Below, one piece after another: positions 28,731 to 37,163 of a stretch of DNA of 64,000 nt (positions are counted from its first letter, which is position 1; the number at the start of each line of letters is the position of its first letter). Both the position numbers and the translations under genes were made by a program. Location of the stretch: positions 199,524 through 263,523 of the forward strand of contig CAWILU010000003.1 in the NCBI GenBank assembly GCA_963837055.1, in the 5' to 3' direction. A model generated the notes under the pieces. That model was not told where the DNA came from. It worked only from the letters and a program-made list of their open reading frames with translations, and searched no databases. Source of the DNA: an uncultured Acidobacteriota bacterium. GTDB taxonomy: Bacteria; Actinomycetota; Acidimicrobiia; Spongiisociales; ZC4RG35.

Positions 28731-28823
28731 ATGCAGACGCGCTGGCTCCTCGTTGCGACGGCGGTGCTCGGCTTTGTGATCGTCGGTGCCGCTGCCGTCT
28801 GGCTGCTGGTGGCCTTCACATGA
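28731..28823 (+). CDS. Possible 30-aa single-TM micropeptide
   Basis: My translation: MQTRWLLVATAVLGFVIVGAAAVWLLVAFT*. Its stop overlaps the ATG of the next gene (ACATGA). Too short for the ORF track, so speculative. Confidence 0.25.
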   Translation: MQTRWLLVATAVLGFVIVGAAAVWLLVAFT

Positions 28824-29419
28824 TCGAGCGGGTCGAATTGACGACTTCGGACGGGGAGACCCTCGAAGCGCGCTGGGATCGGCCCGTTCTCCCATCTGGG
28901 GTCGTCGTGTGCTGTCACCCCCACCCTCAGATGGGGGGGACGATGATGGCGCCACTGATGGTGGCGGTCACCTCCCGGTTGGTCGAACGGGGATTCTCCG
29001 TGCTCCGGTTCAACTTCAGGGGGATCGGAGCGTCCACCGGGAAGCACGACTTTGGCGGAGCGGAGCTCCTCGACGTCGGGGCTGCGATCGAGGCTGCCCG
29101 CGCCACTGGGCTGTCGCTCCATCTCTCCGGATGGTCGTTTGGGGCAGCCATGGCATTGCGTTGGCTCGCCGCCCAATCCGAGCCGATTCCCTATTCGGGC
29201 ATCGCGCCACCGCCGTCCGACCTGCCGGCGGATCTCCCACCCGGGCCAAAGCGGATCGTCGTCGGGACGAGAGATCAAGTCGTCGATATCGAGATGATCA
29301 GGGCCTATGCCGAGCGGTATTCGATCGACCTGATCCTCACTCCCGGCGACCACTTCTTCCACGGTCGCGGCAAGAAAATCGGCAATCTGGTCGCCCAGGG
29401 CTTCGAAGCCCCAACCTGA
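28820..29419 (+). CDS. Alpha/beta hydrolase family protein
   Basis: 199 aa. HPHPQMGGTM...FNFRGIGASTG...LSGWSFGA (nucleophile elbow GxSxG). Confidence 0.7.
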   Translation: MIERVELTTSDGETLEARWDRPVLPSGVVVCCHPHPQMGGTMMAPLMVAVTSRLVERGFSVLRFNFRGIGASTGKHDFGGAELLDVGAAIEAARATGLSLHLSGWSFGAAMALRWLAAQSEPIPYSGIAPPPSDLPADLPPGPKRIVVGTRDQVVDIEMIRAYAERYSIDLILTPGDHFFHGRGKKIGNLVAQGFEAPT

Positions 29420-29429
29420 TTGGGGTCCT

Positions 29430-29651
29430 TCAGCGGGCGGCCGAAGCGGGTGCCGGCCGAAATCCCCGGTTCATCGCCTCCGTGGGTTCGTCTGGAGCGA
29501 ATACCTGGAGCAGCTTCTTCCCCACCAGCCCCTCCCCGGTCACCCGGGCCGAGATCTCGGCGAACTGCACCTCGTCGTCGCAGTCGTAGAACCGCATGGT
29601 GTCCCTGACGCCGACGTATCGATACGCCTCGAACCGGGAGAGGCGAGCCAT
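29430..29651 (-). CDS. Hypothetical 73-aa protein
   Basis: MARLSRFEAYRYVGVRDTMRFYDCDDEVQFAEISARV... is the internal part of ORF 29430-29963. The ATG lies 7 nt after the zinc-ribbon gene stop. Strong GC3 bias. Confidence 0.45.
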   Translation of the reverse strand: MARLSRFEAYRYVGVRDTMRFYDCDDEVQFAEISARVTGEGLVGKKLLQVFAPDEPTEAMNRGFRPAPASAAR

Positions 29652-29658
29652 CAGGTGC

Positions 29659-29979
29659 TCACTCCTCCTCATCCAGGTTGCCCAGCCCGGTCCTGACCTC
29701 CGCCCCGCAGTTGGGACAGGTAGCAACCGCGATCTCACCGACGATGAAGCTGAAGGCGCACTCCGGGCACTCGATCTTTGGAAGTGGAGGCTTGGGAGGG
29801 GGCGGGGGTGGTGGTTGTGCCTCACCCGCACCCGGCGCCGTCGGGTACCCACCCATGGTCGCTGGTGCCCCGCCGGCAGCCTCCCGCACCACGTTGACCG
29901 ACCCGCAGACCGGACAAGCGAAGCGCCCCGCACCGGGGACTTCGAACTGCGTCCGGCAAGCACCGCAACGCACCATCAT
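29659..29979 (-). CDS. Double zinc-ribbon protein with a poly-Pro linker
   Basis: CGAC...CPVCG and CPEC...CPNCG pairs, separated by PPPPPPPKPPLP. Confidence 0.65.
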   Translation of the reverse strand: MMVRCGACRTQFEVPGAGRFACPVCGSVNVVREAAGGAPATMGGYPTAPGAGEAQPPPPPPPKPPLPKIECPECAFSFIVGEIAVATCPNCGAEVRTGLGNLDEEE

Positions 29980-30422
29980 TCTTCCTCACCTCCATCGGGG
30001 TCGACCCTCTCGCCGACGGCGCCGATGCGGTACAGGTAATCGGCTTCGTGACGGAGGACGTCTTCTACGTTTTCGGGAGAGTAGGACACCCCGTGTTTTG
30101 AGGCGATCTGCTCGGTGATGTACTCGATCGACGCCTCGTGGCCCCCGGCCACCGTATCGACCGGGTTCTTCCGGTCATCCTGGGCCAGACCCTGCAGGTA
30201 GAAGACCTCCCACTCGAGGATCCTGCGGATGTCGGCCCGGCTCATCGTGGTATCTCCTTCGGCCTCGAGGCCGGCCTCGACATGCCTCACCGCGTCCTCG
30301 ACCACGTATTCCAGGGGCTCATAGCTGGGACGCCGCCTCGCCTCCTGCCAGACGATCAAGGCGAGGATGACGAGGAACACGCCAACAAGAAGGACGATCA
30401 GGGTCAGGACCGATGCCGACAC
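29976..30422 (-). CDS. Membrane-anchored hypothetical protein
   Basis: N-terminal TM VLTLIVLLVGVFLVILALIVW with an acidic C-terminus. ATGA overlap with the downstream zinc-ribbon gene. Confidence 0.55.
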   Translation of the reverse strand: MSASVLTLIVLLVGVFLVILALIVWQEARRRPSYEPLEYVVEDAVRHVEAGLEAEGDTTMSRADIRRILEWEVFYLQGLAQDDRKNPVDTVAGGHEASIEYITEQIASKHGVSYSPENVEDVLRHEADYLYRIGAVGERVDPDGGEEE

Positions 30423-30444
30423 AGCGGGGAAGGTACCTGCCGGG

Positions 30445-32241
30445 CTAGAAGGCCTCCACGGGCAGCGTCATCAAAGACCCGTCTTCGCTCTCGGCGGCGG
30501 TTCGCCGCGTCGCCACCTCGGCGGCTGCCTTGTCGAGGAACCAGCGAGCCGAGGCGACCTTCCCGCGATAGAACGGATCGGTCTCGGACTTTGGATAGGC
30601 GATCTCGGCATGACGGAGCAGCTGCCATGAGATGATCACCTCGGCCGTCGAAGCGAGCAGGGAGTTGGTGTGGAGCCCGACCTCGTAGATCTCGTCGGAC
30701 TTGCCGGCTAATGACGCCATCAGGTGTTCCACCATGGAACCGAGGTGTCCCTGGAGATCGTCGAGCATCGCCCCCAATCGCTCTCGCTCGTTGGCGATGG
30801 GGTCGCCGTCGCTCCCACCTTTCACGAACTCGGTGATCTCGGCTACCAAGGCCGCGATGGTTGCCCCCTGATCCCTCGCGATCTTGCGGAAGAAGAAGTC
30901 CAGGGCTTGGATCCCGGTTGTGCCCTCGTAGATGGTGTCGATCTTGGTGTCCCGGATGTACTGCTCCAGCGGATAGTCCTGGGTGAACCCGGACCCACCG
31001 AAGATCTGGAGGGCGTCGGCCAGCTGCTCGTAGGCCTTCTCAGACGAGTAGCCCTTGACCAGGGGCAGGAGGAGATCGGACCGGCGCTCCCAGTGGTCGT
31101 CATCGGGGTGAAGGCGATCCTGGTCTTGGACCCACGCCGTGTACATGACGAGGGCGCGCAGACCCTCCGAGTACGCCTTCAGGTTCATCAACATGCGTCG
31201 CACGTCGGGGTGATCGATGATGGGGACTCGTGGCGCCGTCTTGTCGGAGGCCACGGTGAGGTCCGCTCCCTGCCGGCGCTCCTTGGCGTACTCGAGGGCG
31301 TTGAGGTACCCGGTGCTGAGTGTCCCCATCGATTTCGTCCCGATCATCATCCGAGCGCCTTCGATGACCCGGAACATCTGGCGGATCCCCTCGTGCTTGT
31401 CGCCGACCAGATACCCGATGGCGGGCTCGTCGGCCCCGAACGTCATCTCGCAGGTGGTGGACCCTTTGAGCCCCATCTTCTTCTCGATGTTGGTGGCGAC
31501 GACACCGTTTCGTGGGCCGAGCGATCCGTCGTCGTTCACGAAGTACTTGGGCACGACGAACAGCGAAAGCCCCTTTGTGCCTGCCACTGCTCCCTCGGGG
31601 CGGGCGAGGACCAGGTGGATGATGTTCTCGGCCGCGTCGTGCTCGCCCCCGGTGATGAACCGCTTCACCCCCTCGATGTGCCAGGTGCCGTCACCCATGT
31701 CGATCGCCTTGGTGGAGGCCGCCCCGACATCGGAGCCGGCGTCCGGCTCGGTGAGGATCATCGATCCGGACCATTGCTTGTCGAGCCAGAGGCGGGCGAG
31801 ATCCTTCTGCGCCTCGTTGCCTTCCTCGAACAGAACCGTGGCGAACAAGGCACCGCCCGAATACCACGACACGGTGGTGTTGGCGGCGAGCTGCATCTCC
31901 TGGGTGGCCCAGGAGAGGCTGGGGGGGACGGGCATGCCGCCCATGTCGGCCGGGACGGCAAGCCGGTCCCATCCCCCCTCCTTGTACGCACGCACCCCGG
32001 CTTTCACCGAGTCCGGCAGGTGGACTTCCCCGTCCTCGAGGACGAGGGGGATGCGGTCCTGATCGACATACGAGGCGGCGAAATCCTCACGGGCGAGGCG
32101 TTCGATCTCGATGAGGATGTCGCGCGCAGTCGCTTCGTCGAGATCGGGCCACGGGCCGGTGCCCAGATAATCCTGAATCCGGTTGACCTCGAAGAGATTG
32201 AACTCGAGATCACGGAGATTCGACCTGTAATGGCTCGCCAT
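30445..32241 (-). CDS. Long-form acyl-CoA dehydrogenase (FadE-type with C-terminal extension)
   Basis: 598 aa. GSMILTEPDAGSDVG...GGEHD...QIFGGSGFTQDYPLEQYIRDTKIDTIYEGTTGIQ. Confidence 0.9.
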   Translation of the reverse strand: MASHYRSNLRDLEFNLFEVNRIQDYLGTGPWPDLDEATARDILIEIERLAREDFAASYVDQDRIPLVLEDGEVHLPDSVKAGVRAYKEGGWDRLAVPADMGGMPVPPSLSWATQEMQLAANTTVSWYSGGALFATVLFEEGNEAQKDLARLWLDKQWSGSMILTEPDAGSDVGAASTKAIDMGDGTWHIEGVKRFITGGEHDAAENIIHLVLARPEGAVAGTKGLSLFVVPKYFVNDDGSLGPRNGVVATNIEKKMGLKGSTTCEMTFGADEPAIGYLVGDKHEGIRQMFRVIEGARMMIGTKSMGTLSTGYLNALEYAKERRQGADLTVASDKTAPRVPIIDHPDVRRMLMNLKAYSEGLRALVMYTAWVQDQDRLHPDDDHWERRSDLLLPLVKGYSSEKAYEQLADALQIFGGSGFTQDYPLEQYIRDTKIDTIYEGTTGIQALDFFFRKIARDQGATIAALVAEITEFVKGGSDGDPIANERERLGAMLDDLQGHLGSMVEHLMASLAGKSDEIYEVGLHTNSLLASTAEVIISWQLLRHAEIAYPKSETDPFYRGKVASARWFLDKAAAEVATRRTAAESEDGSLMTLPVEAF

Positions 32242-32259
32242 ATCCCCTTCCTGACCTTT

Positions 32260-32271
32260 GAGTGATCACTC
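32260..32271. promoter_or_regulatory. Perfect 12-bp palindrome GAGTGATCACTC, candidate TetR operator
   Basis: Read directly in the AT-richer fadE/tetR divergent intergenic region. It is flanked by TTTGAG...CTCAAA (32257-32292). Confidence 0.45.
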
Positions 32272-32406
32272 TAATTTGAATCAACGCTCAAATAAAGGGG
32301 TGGCGGAGGAAAGTCGCCGAAATCGGACCCAGACCGGAGTGCACCGCGTCTGGAATCGCGGCACCAAACATCGGCAAGCTGGTGAGAGCGGTCTACCGTT
32401 TCCGGT

Positions 32407-32967
32407 ATGCGGTACAAGGCCGGGCTGGAGACGAGGGAGAGGATTCTCGAGGCCACCAGGTCACTCGTCGCCGAGAACGGTCTGGATGGGACAACCATCA
32501 AAGCGATTTGCGATCAGGCAGGGGTCCTGCCCGGGTCCTTCTACAACCTCTTCGCCTCCAAAGAGCAGGCGATCCTCACCGTGGTCCGGGAGGCAATCGA
32601 CGCCGTCGACCCCGACCCCGCCCACCAGGGCACTGACACTCTCGAAGAGCTGGTCGCGGCGTATGTGCGGTTTCTCGAGGAGTCGCCCGCGCTTTCCCGG
32701 GTCTACATACGGATCGGGGTCTCCGGAGCCGGATCCAGCCCGGAGCTCAGCGGCCGGATGGTCAGACACCACGAAGCCCGGGTGGCTCGGTTCGCCGCGG
32801 CCATGAAACGACAGAGCCCCGAGCTCTCCGAGACTCTGGCCGAGAGACGCGCCGAGACCCTCGTCCTCGCCTTGAACGGCATCGCCCTCCATCGCATCAT
32901 CGACCCCCATTTCGACGTGGCCTGGCACGCCCGGGCGCTTCTCGAGGACGCCGCCGCGGTTTCCTGA
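32407..32967 (+). CDS. TetR family transcriptional regulator
   Basis: N-terminal HTH ILEATRSLVAENGLDGTTIKAICDQAGVLPGSFYNLFASKE. Divergent from fadE. Confidence 0.85.
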   Translation: MRYKAGLETRERILEATRSLVAENGLDGTTIKAICDQAGVLPGSFYNLFASKEQAILTVVREAIDAVDPDPAHQGTDTLEELVAAYVRFLEESPALSRVYIRIGVSGAGSSPELSGRMVRHHEARVARFAAAMKRQSPELSETLAERRAETLVLALNGIALHRIIDPHFDVAWHARALLEDAAAVS

Positions 32968-32996
32968 CCGCGAGAGGCGGTCGATAGGCTCCGTCG

Positions 32997-33911
32997 ATGG
33001 ACCTCGGAATTCAGACCCGTGGCGCATGGGACCAGGTGCTCGACGCAGCGCACTGGGCGGAGGATCGAGGCCTGGTGGCCCTGGCCCTGCCCGATCACTA
33101 TCTGGAACGAGGGGACGACACCGGACAGCCCGCGTTCGACCATCTCGTCCACCTCGCAGCCCTGGCCCGGGAGACGACACGGATCGAATTGGTGTCACTC
33201 CTCTCCCCCGTCACCTTCCGGCACCCGGCGGTGTACTACAAGATGGGCGTCACGATCGACGAAGTCTCGGGCGGGCGATTCACGATGGGCGTCGGGACCG
33301 GATGGATGGACGAGGAGTTCACCCTGTTCGGACTTGCCTACCCCGACCAGCCGACCCGATTCGAGATGTTGGAAGAGTGCCTGGCCTATCTCGCCGCCGC
33401 GTTGTCGGAGGAGTCGAAGGGGTTCGAGGGAAGTCACTATCGACTCGACTCGTTCCCGCGCGGTCCTCAACCAACGAATCTGAGACTGCTCGTCGGCGGA
33501 GGAGGAGCCGAGAAGACCCCGACGCTGGCGGGCCGCTACGCCGACGAGTTCAACATCTATGCCTGCAAGCCCGATGAGTACGTCGCCCGTCGGGAACTTG
33601 CCGAAAAGACTGCAGCCGAGGTGGGGCGTGACCCCAGTTCCATCCTGTTCTCGTCGGCGTCGCCTGCGATCGCAGCCAAGAAGGAGACGGACTACCGCCG
33701 ACTCCTCATGATGATGGCCGACCGCACCGGATCCCCGCCGGAACGAATCGAGCAGATCTACGAGGAGCGCGGATACCCGCACGGCTCGGGATCAAGACCC
33801 TCCGAGATGCTCTCCGCCCTCCACCAAGCCGGCTGCCGGCGCTTCTATCCGCAGATGTTCATGCGGAACCCGGCCGACTTCGACGTCATCCTCGACGCCT
33901 ACCGGCCCTGA
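32997..33911 (+). CDS. Luciferase-like monooxygenase (LLM class, likely F420-dependent) oxidoreductase
   Basis: LPDHY...SGGRFTMGVGTGW...LLVGGGG. Confidence 0.75.
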   Translation: MDLGIQTRGAWDQVLDAAHWAEDRGLVALALPDHYLERGDDTGQPAFDHLVHLAALARETTRIELVSLLSPVTFRHPAVYYKMGVTIDEVSGGRFTMGVGTGWMDEEFTLFGLAYPDQPTRFEMLEECLAYLAAALSEESKGFEGSHYRLDSFPRGPQPTNLRLLVGGGGAEKTPTLAGRYADEFNIYACKPDEYVARRELAEKTAAEVGRDPSSILFSSASPAIAAKKETDYRRLLMMMADRTGSPPERIEQIYEERGYPHGSGSRPSEMLSALHQAGCRRFYPQMFMRNPADFDVILDAYRP

Positions 33912-33913
33912 TC

Positions 33914-34939
33914 ATGCCTAGCGTCGCCATCCTCGGGACCGGGCTCATCGGTGCATCAGTGGGGCTTGCCCTTCGCGAACAAGGGTGGTCTTCGATCGGG
34001 TGGGACCCATCGCCTCTGGCACTCGAGCGGGCCTCCGAGCGTCTTGCCGCCGACTCCGCGGGCTCGATGTCCGAGGCGATCGAGGGCGCCGACCTTGTTG
34101 TCCTCTCCGGGCCTCTGAGCGCCAACGTTGCCACGCTCGCGGGCCTCGAGACCGATGCCCTCGTCACCGACGTGACCAGCGTCAAGCTGCCCCTGCTCGG
34201 CGCCGTCCGCAACGGGGTCCGATTCGTTGGCGGCCATCCCATGGCCGGACGAGAGCACGCCGGGCCCGAGGCCGCGTCACCCGCTCTGTTCCGGGGAGCG
34301 CCTTGGGTCATCTGCGACGACAACGCCTCGGCGGACGATGTCGAGCGGCTGACCGAGATCGTGAGATCGACAGGGGCCAACCCCATCGTGATGTCCGCTC
34401 AGCGCCATGACGAAGTGGTGGCCTCGGTGTCGCATCTCCCTCATCTGCTGGCGGTGGCGCTGGTCAACACCATTTCGAGCCACCCCGATGCAACCGAGCT
34501 GGTGTCCGGCAGTTTTCGCGATCTGACCCGGGTCGCCTCGGCCGAATCGTCATGGTGGCCCGAGGTGCTGACCTCTAACTCGCAAGCGGTGACCGGGGCC
34601 ATCGATGAGCTGGTGCAGAGCCTCGAGGAGCTCCGATCGCGGGTCGTGACCGGGGACATGGACGGCCTTGCGGAGCAGCTCGACGAGGCGCGGTCACACC
34701 GGAGTGCCATGGCGCCGCCGGTGACGATGGTCCAGGTGATCCTTCAAGACAAGCCGGGGGAGATTGCCGCTGTCGGCCATGCTCTCCAAACCAGCAAAGT
34801 GGACGTGCGCGACCTCCAGCTGAGACACGCCGTCCACGGTGGCGGCGGCATCCTCAGCCTCTCAGTCCGGCCCGGTGAGGCCGAGACCCTCAAGGCAGCC
34901 CTGGTCAATGAGGGTTTTGCCATCGAAGTCGAGGATTAG
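33914..34939 (+). CDS. tyrA: Prephenate dehydrogenase with C-terminal ACT domain
   Basis: ILGTGLIGASVG...VTDVTSVK...FVGGHPMAG. C-terminal VILQDKPGEIAAVGHAL ACT-like segment. Confidence 0.85.
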   Translation: MPSVAILGTGLIGASVGLALREQGWSSIGWDPSPLALERASERLAADSAGSMSEAIEGADLVVLSGPLSANVATLAGLETDALVTDVTSVKLPLLGAVRNGVRFVGGHPMAGREHAGPEAASPALFRGAPWVICDDNASADDVERLTEIVRSTGANPIVMSAQRHDEVVASVSHLPHLLAVALVNTISSHPDATELVSGSFRDLTRVASAESSWWPEVLTSNSQAVTGAIDELVQSLEELRSRVVTGDMDGLAEQLDEARSHRSAMAPPVTMVQVILQDKPGEIAAVGHALQTSKVDVRDLQLRHAVHGGGGILSLSVRPGEAETLKAALVNEGFAIEVED

Positions 34940-34967
34940 CCTCCCGAATCCCCATCCAGGAAGCCCA

Positions 34968-35876
34968 TTGCTCTACTCGATCATGACCGAGCCCCAGATG
35001 GGGGGCACATACGACGACATCCTCCGGGTGGCGCGTCTCGCCGAGTCGGAGGGCCTCTATTCGTTTGCCCGATCGGACCATCTCGCCTGGACGAGAGAAC
35101 CCGCCCCCGATGCAACCGACGCGTTCGCCACCCTGGCCGGCCTGGCCCGCGACACACAGAGGGTGCGCCTTTGCGTCCTGGTCACCCCGATCACGTTCCG
35201 GCACCCCGCCATCATCGCCAAGAACGCAGCGACCATCGACCAGATGTCGGGTGGCCGTTTCGATCTCGGCATCGGCACCGGCTGGAACCACTTCGAGCAC
35301 GAGGCGTTGGGCCTCCCATTCCCCGAATCGCAGGAGCGATGGGCCCGGCTCGAGGATGCCATCGACTACCTGGGGGCAGCGTTCGGACCAGGAGAGGGTC
35401 GACATCACGGCCCGTACTACCGCCTCGAGCTCGACGTGGAGCCCAAACCGACCGGCATCCGTCTGATCATCGGTGGGAGTGGCCCGAAACGGACCCCCAC
35501 TCTGGCCGGCACCAGAGCCGACGAGTACAACATCTTCATCTGCCCCGCCGAGGAAGCGAGAGCCAAGATCCAGGTGATGCGTAGCGCGGCCGGCGATCGC
35601 CATGTCGAGGCGACGATGATGGGGCCGGTGACCGCGGCCGGCTCCGACGCCGAGCTTGCCGACCTAGTCTACGCGGCCGCGGGGCGCCGCAATATCACGA
35701 ACGATGAGTTGATCAATCGATGGCACAAGGCGGGAAAGCTGTTCGGGACCCCGCCACAAGTGAGGGAGCAGATAGCTGCGCTCGAGGAGGCCGGGGTCGA
35801 ACGCCTCTATCTCCAATGGCTCGATCTCGGCGACTATGACGGCCTTGCCCGGATGGTGGAGCTGGTGCGGACGTGA
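34968..35876 (+). CDS. Luciferase-like monooxygenase (LLM class) oxidoreductase, paralogue of 32997-33911
   Basis: SGGRFDLGIGTGW...LIIGGSG. I chose TTG 34968 (AGGAAG 4 nt upstream) by alignment with the paralogue N-terminus. The ORF-track start at 34839 overlaps tyrA; ATG 34983 is an alternative. Confidence 0.7.
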   Translation: MLYSIMTEPQMGGTYDDILRVARLAESEGLYSFARSDHLAWTREPAPDATDAFATLAGLARDTQRVRLCVLVTPITFRHPAIIAKNAATIDQMSGGRFDLGIGTGWNHFEHEALGLPFPESQERWARLEDAIDYLGAAFGPGEGRHHGPYYRLELDVEPKPTGIRLIIGGSGPKRTPTLAGTRADEYNIFICPAEEARAKIQVMRSAAGDRHVEATMMGPVTAAGSDAELADLVYAAAGRRNITNDELINRWHKAGKLFGTPPQVREQIAALEEAGVERLYLQWLDLGDYDGLARMVELVRT

Positions 35877-36358
35877 GCGAGCTACCCGAGGCGAGTCGAC
35901 GATTGGCCTCATCCTTGGACGGATTCGAAATGGACACCCGCGTGTTCCCCGAAGGCACCAAGACCGCGGAGGATGCGGCGAGGGCCGTCGGCTGCCCGGT
36001 GTCGGCGATCGTCAAGTCGCTCGTATTCGTCTTGATCGGCCCCGATGCCTCCGAGGAACCCGTCGTCGCCCTCATCCCCGGTGATCTGCGTCTCGATACC
36101 GTGAAACTGGCGGATGCGGCCGGGGTCACAGGCTCGAGACGGGCGACACTCGACGAGGCTCGCGTAGCGACCGGCTACGCCGCGGGCGGGACGCCGCCCT
36201 TCGGCCATGCCACACCAGTGCGTGTCTTTGCCGACAATCGGCTGCGCCGCAACGACCCGGTGTGGGCGGCCGCCGGCACCCCGACCACGGTGTTCCCGAT
36301 CTCCATTGACGACCTCGACCGTCTTGCCCGGCCAGTCTGGGCAGACTTGAGCGAGTGA
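35873..36358 (+). CDS. YbaK/EbsC-type aminoacyl-tRNA editing (deacylase) domain protein
   Basis: 161 aa. AIVKSLVFV...GYAAGGTPPFGH motifs. Confidence 0.7.
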   Translation: MSELPEASRRLASSLDGFEMDTRVFPEGTKTAEDAARAVGCPVSAIVKSLVFVLIGPDASEEPVVALIPGDLRLDTVKLADAAGVTGSRRATLDEARVATGYAAGGTPPFGHATPVRVFADNRLRRNDPVWAAAGTPTTVFPISIDDLDRLARPVWADLSE

Positions 36359-36368
36359 TCACCCGTTC

Positions 36369-36400
36369 ATTTCCCCTACGGCAATAGTGCAAATACCATT
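36369..36400 (+). promoter_or_regulatory. Imperfect dyad + TACCAT (-10-like) immediately upstream of sufC-sufS-sufU (suf box 1)
   Basis: ATTTCCCCTACGGCAATAGTGCAAATACCATT. 21 of 25 positions are identical to 45284-45308. TACCAT ends 6 nt before the GTG start. Confidence 0.5.
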
Positions 36401-36405
36401 GGGGG

Positions 36406-37161
36406 GTGAGCGACACCACTCCCCTCCTTCAGATCGAAGGGCTGCGCGCCGGCGCCGGTGACATCGAGATCCTCAAAGGCGTCGACCTCACCGTCAACCA
36501 CGGGGAGATCCACGCCCTCATGGGTCCCAATGGCTCCGGCAAGTCCACCCTCGCTTCAGTGCTCATGGGGCATCCCGTCTACCGGGTGAACGCTGGTCGC
36601 ATCCTCTACAAGGGCGAAGACGTGACGGCGGCCACTGCCAGCCACCGCGGGGCTGCCGGCATGTTCCTCGCCTTTCAACACCCCGAGTCGATACCGGGCG
36701 TCTCGGTGATCCAGTTCCTCCGTCAGGCCCTGTCCAATCGCACCGGTGTCGACCTGACCGTGCTCGAGCTGCGTCTCAAGGTGATGGACACCATGAAAGA
36801 GCTGGGTATGGAGTCTTCGTTCGCCGATCGCTATCTCAACGAGGGTTTCTCGGGCGGTGAGAGGAAGCGGAACGAGGTGCTGCAGATGGCGGTGCTCAAA
36901 CCCGATCTGGCCATCATGGACGAGACCGACTCGGGGCTCGACATCGACGCCTTGCGCACCGTCGCCGACGGGGTCAACAAGCTCACCGGCCCCGATCGTG
37001 GGTTCCTCATCATCACCCACTATCAGCGTCTTCTCGACTACGTGACGCCGGATGTGGTGCACATCTTCATGGACGGGCGCATCCTCGAGAGCGGTGGCCC
37101 CGAGCTGGCGACCCGCCTCGAGCTCGAGGGATACGATTCATTCCGGACGGTGTTGACCTAG
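36406..37161 (+). CDS. sufC: Fe-S cluster assembly ATPase SufC (copy 1)
   Basis: GPNGSGKSTL, FSGGERKRNEVLQM, AIMDETDSGLDIDAL, ITHYQRLL. Confidence 0.9.
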   Translation: MSDTTPLLQIEGLRAGAGDIEILKGVDLTVNHGEIHALMGPNGSGKSTLASVLMGHPVYRVNAGRILYKGEDVTAATASHRGAAGMFLAFQHPESIPGVSVIQFLRQALSNRTGVDLTVLELRLKVMDTMKELGMESSFADRYLNEGFSGGERKRNEVLQMAVLKPDLAIMDETDSGLDIDALRTVADGVNKLTGPDRGFLIITHYQRLLDYVTPDVVHIFMDGRILESGGPELATRLELEGYDSFRTVLT

Positions 37162-37163
37162 AC

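Noticed and set aside
30724-32265. 513-aa ORF on the + strand
   Set aside because: It is antisense shadow of the acyl-CoA dehydrogenase gene.
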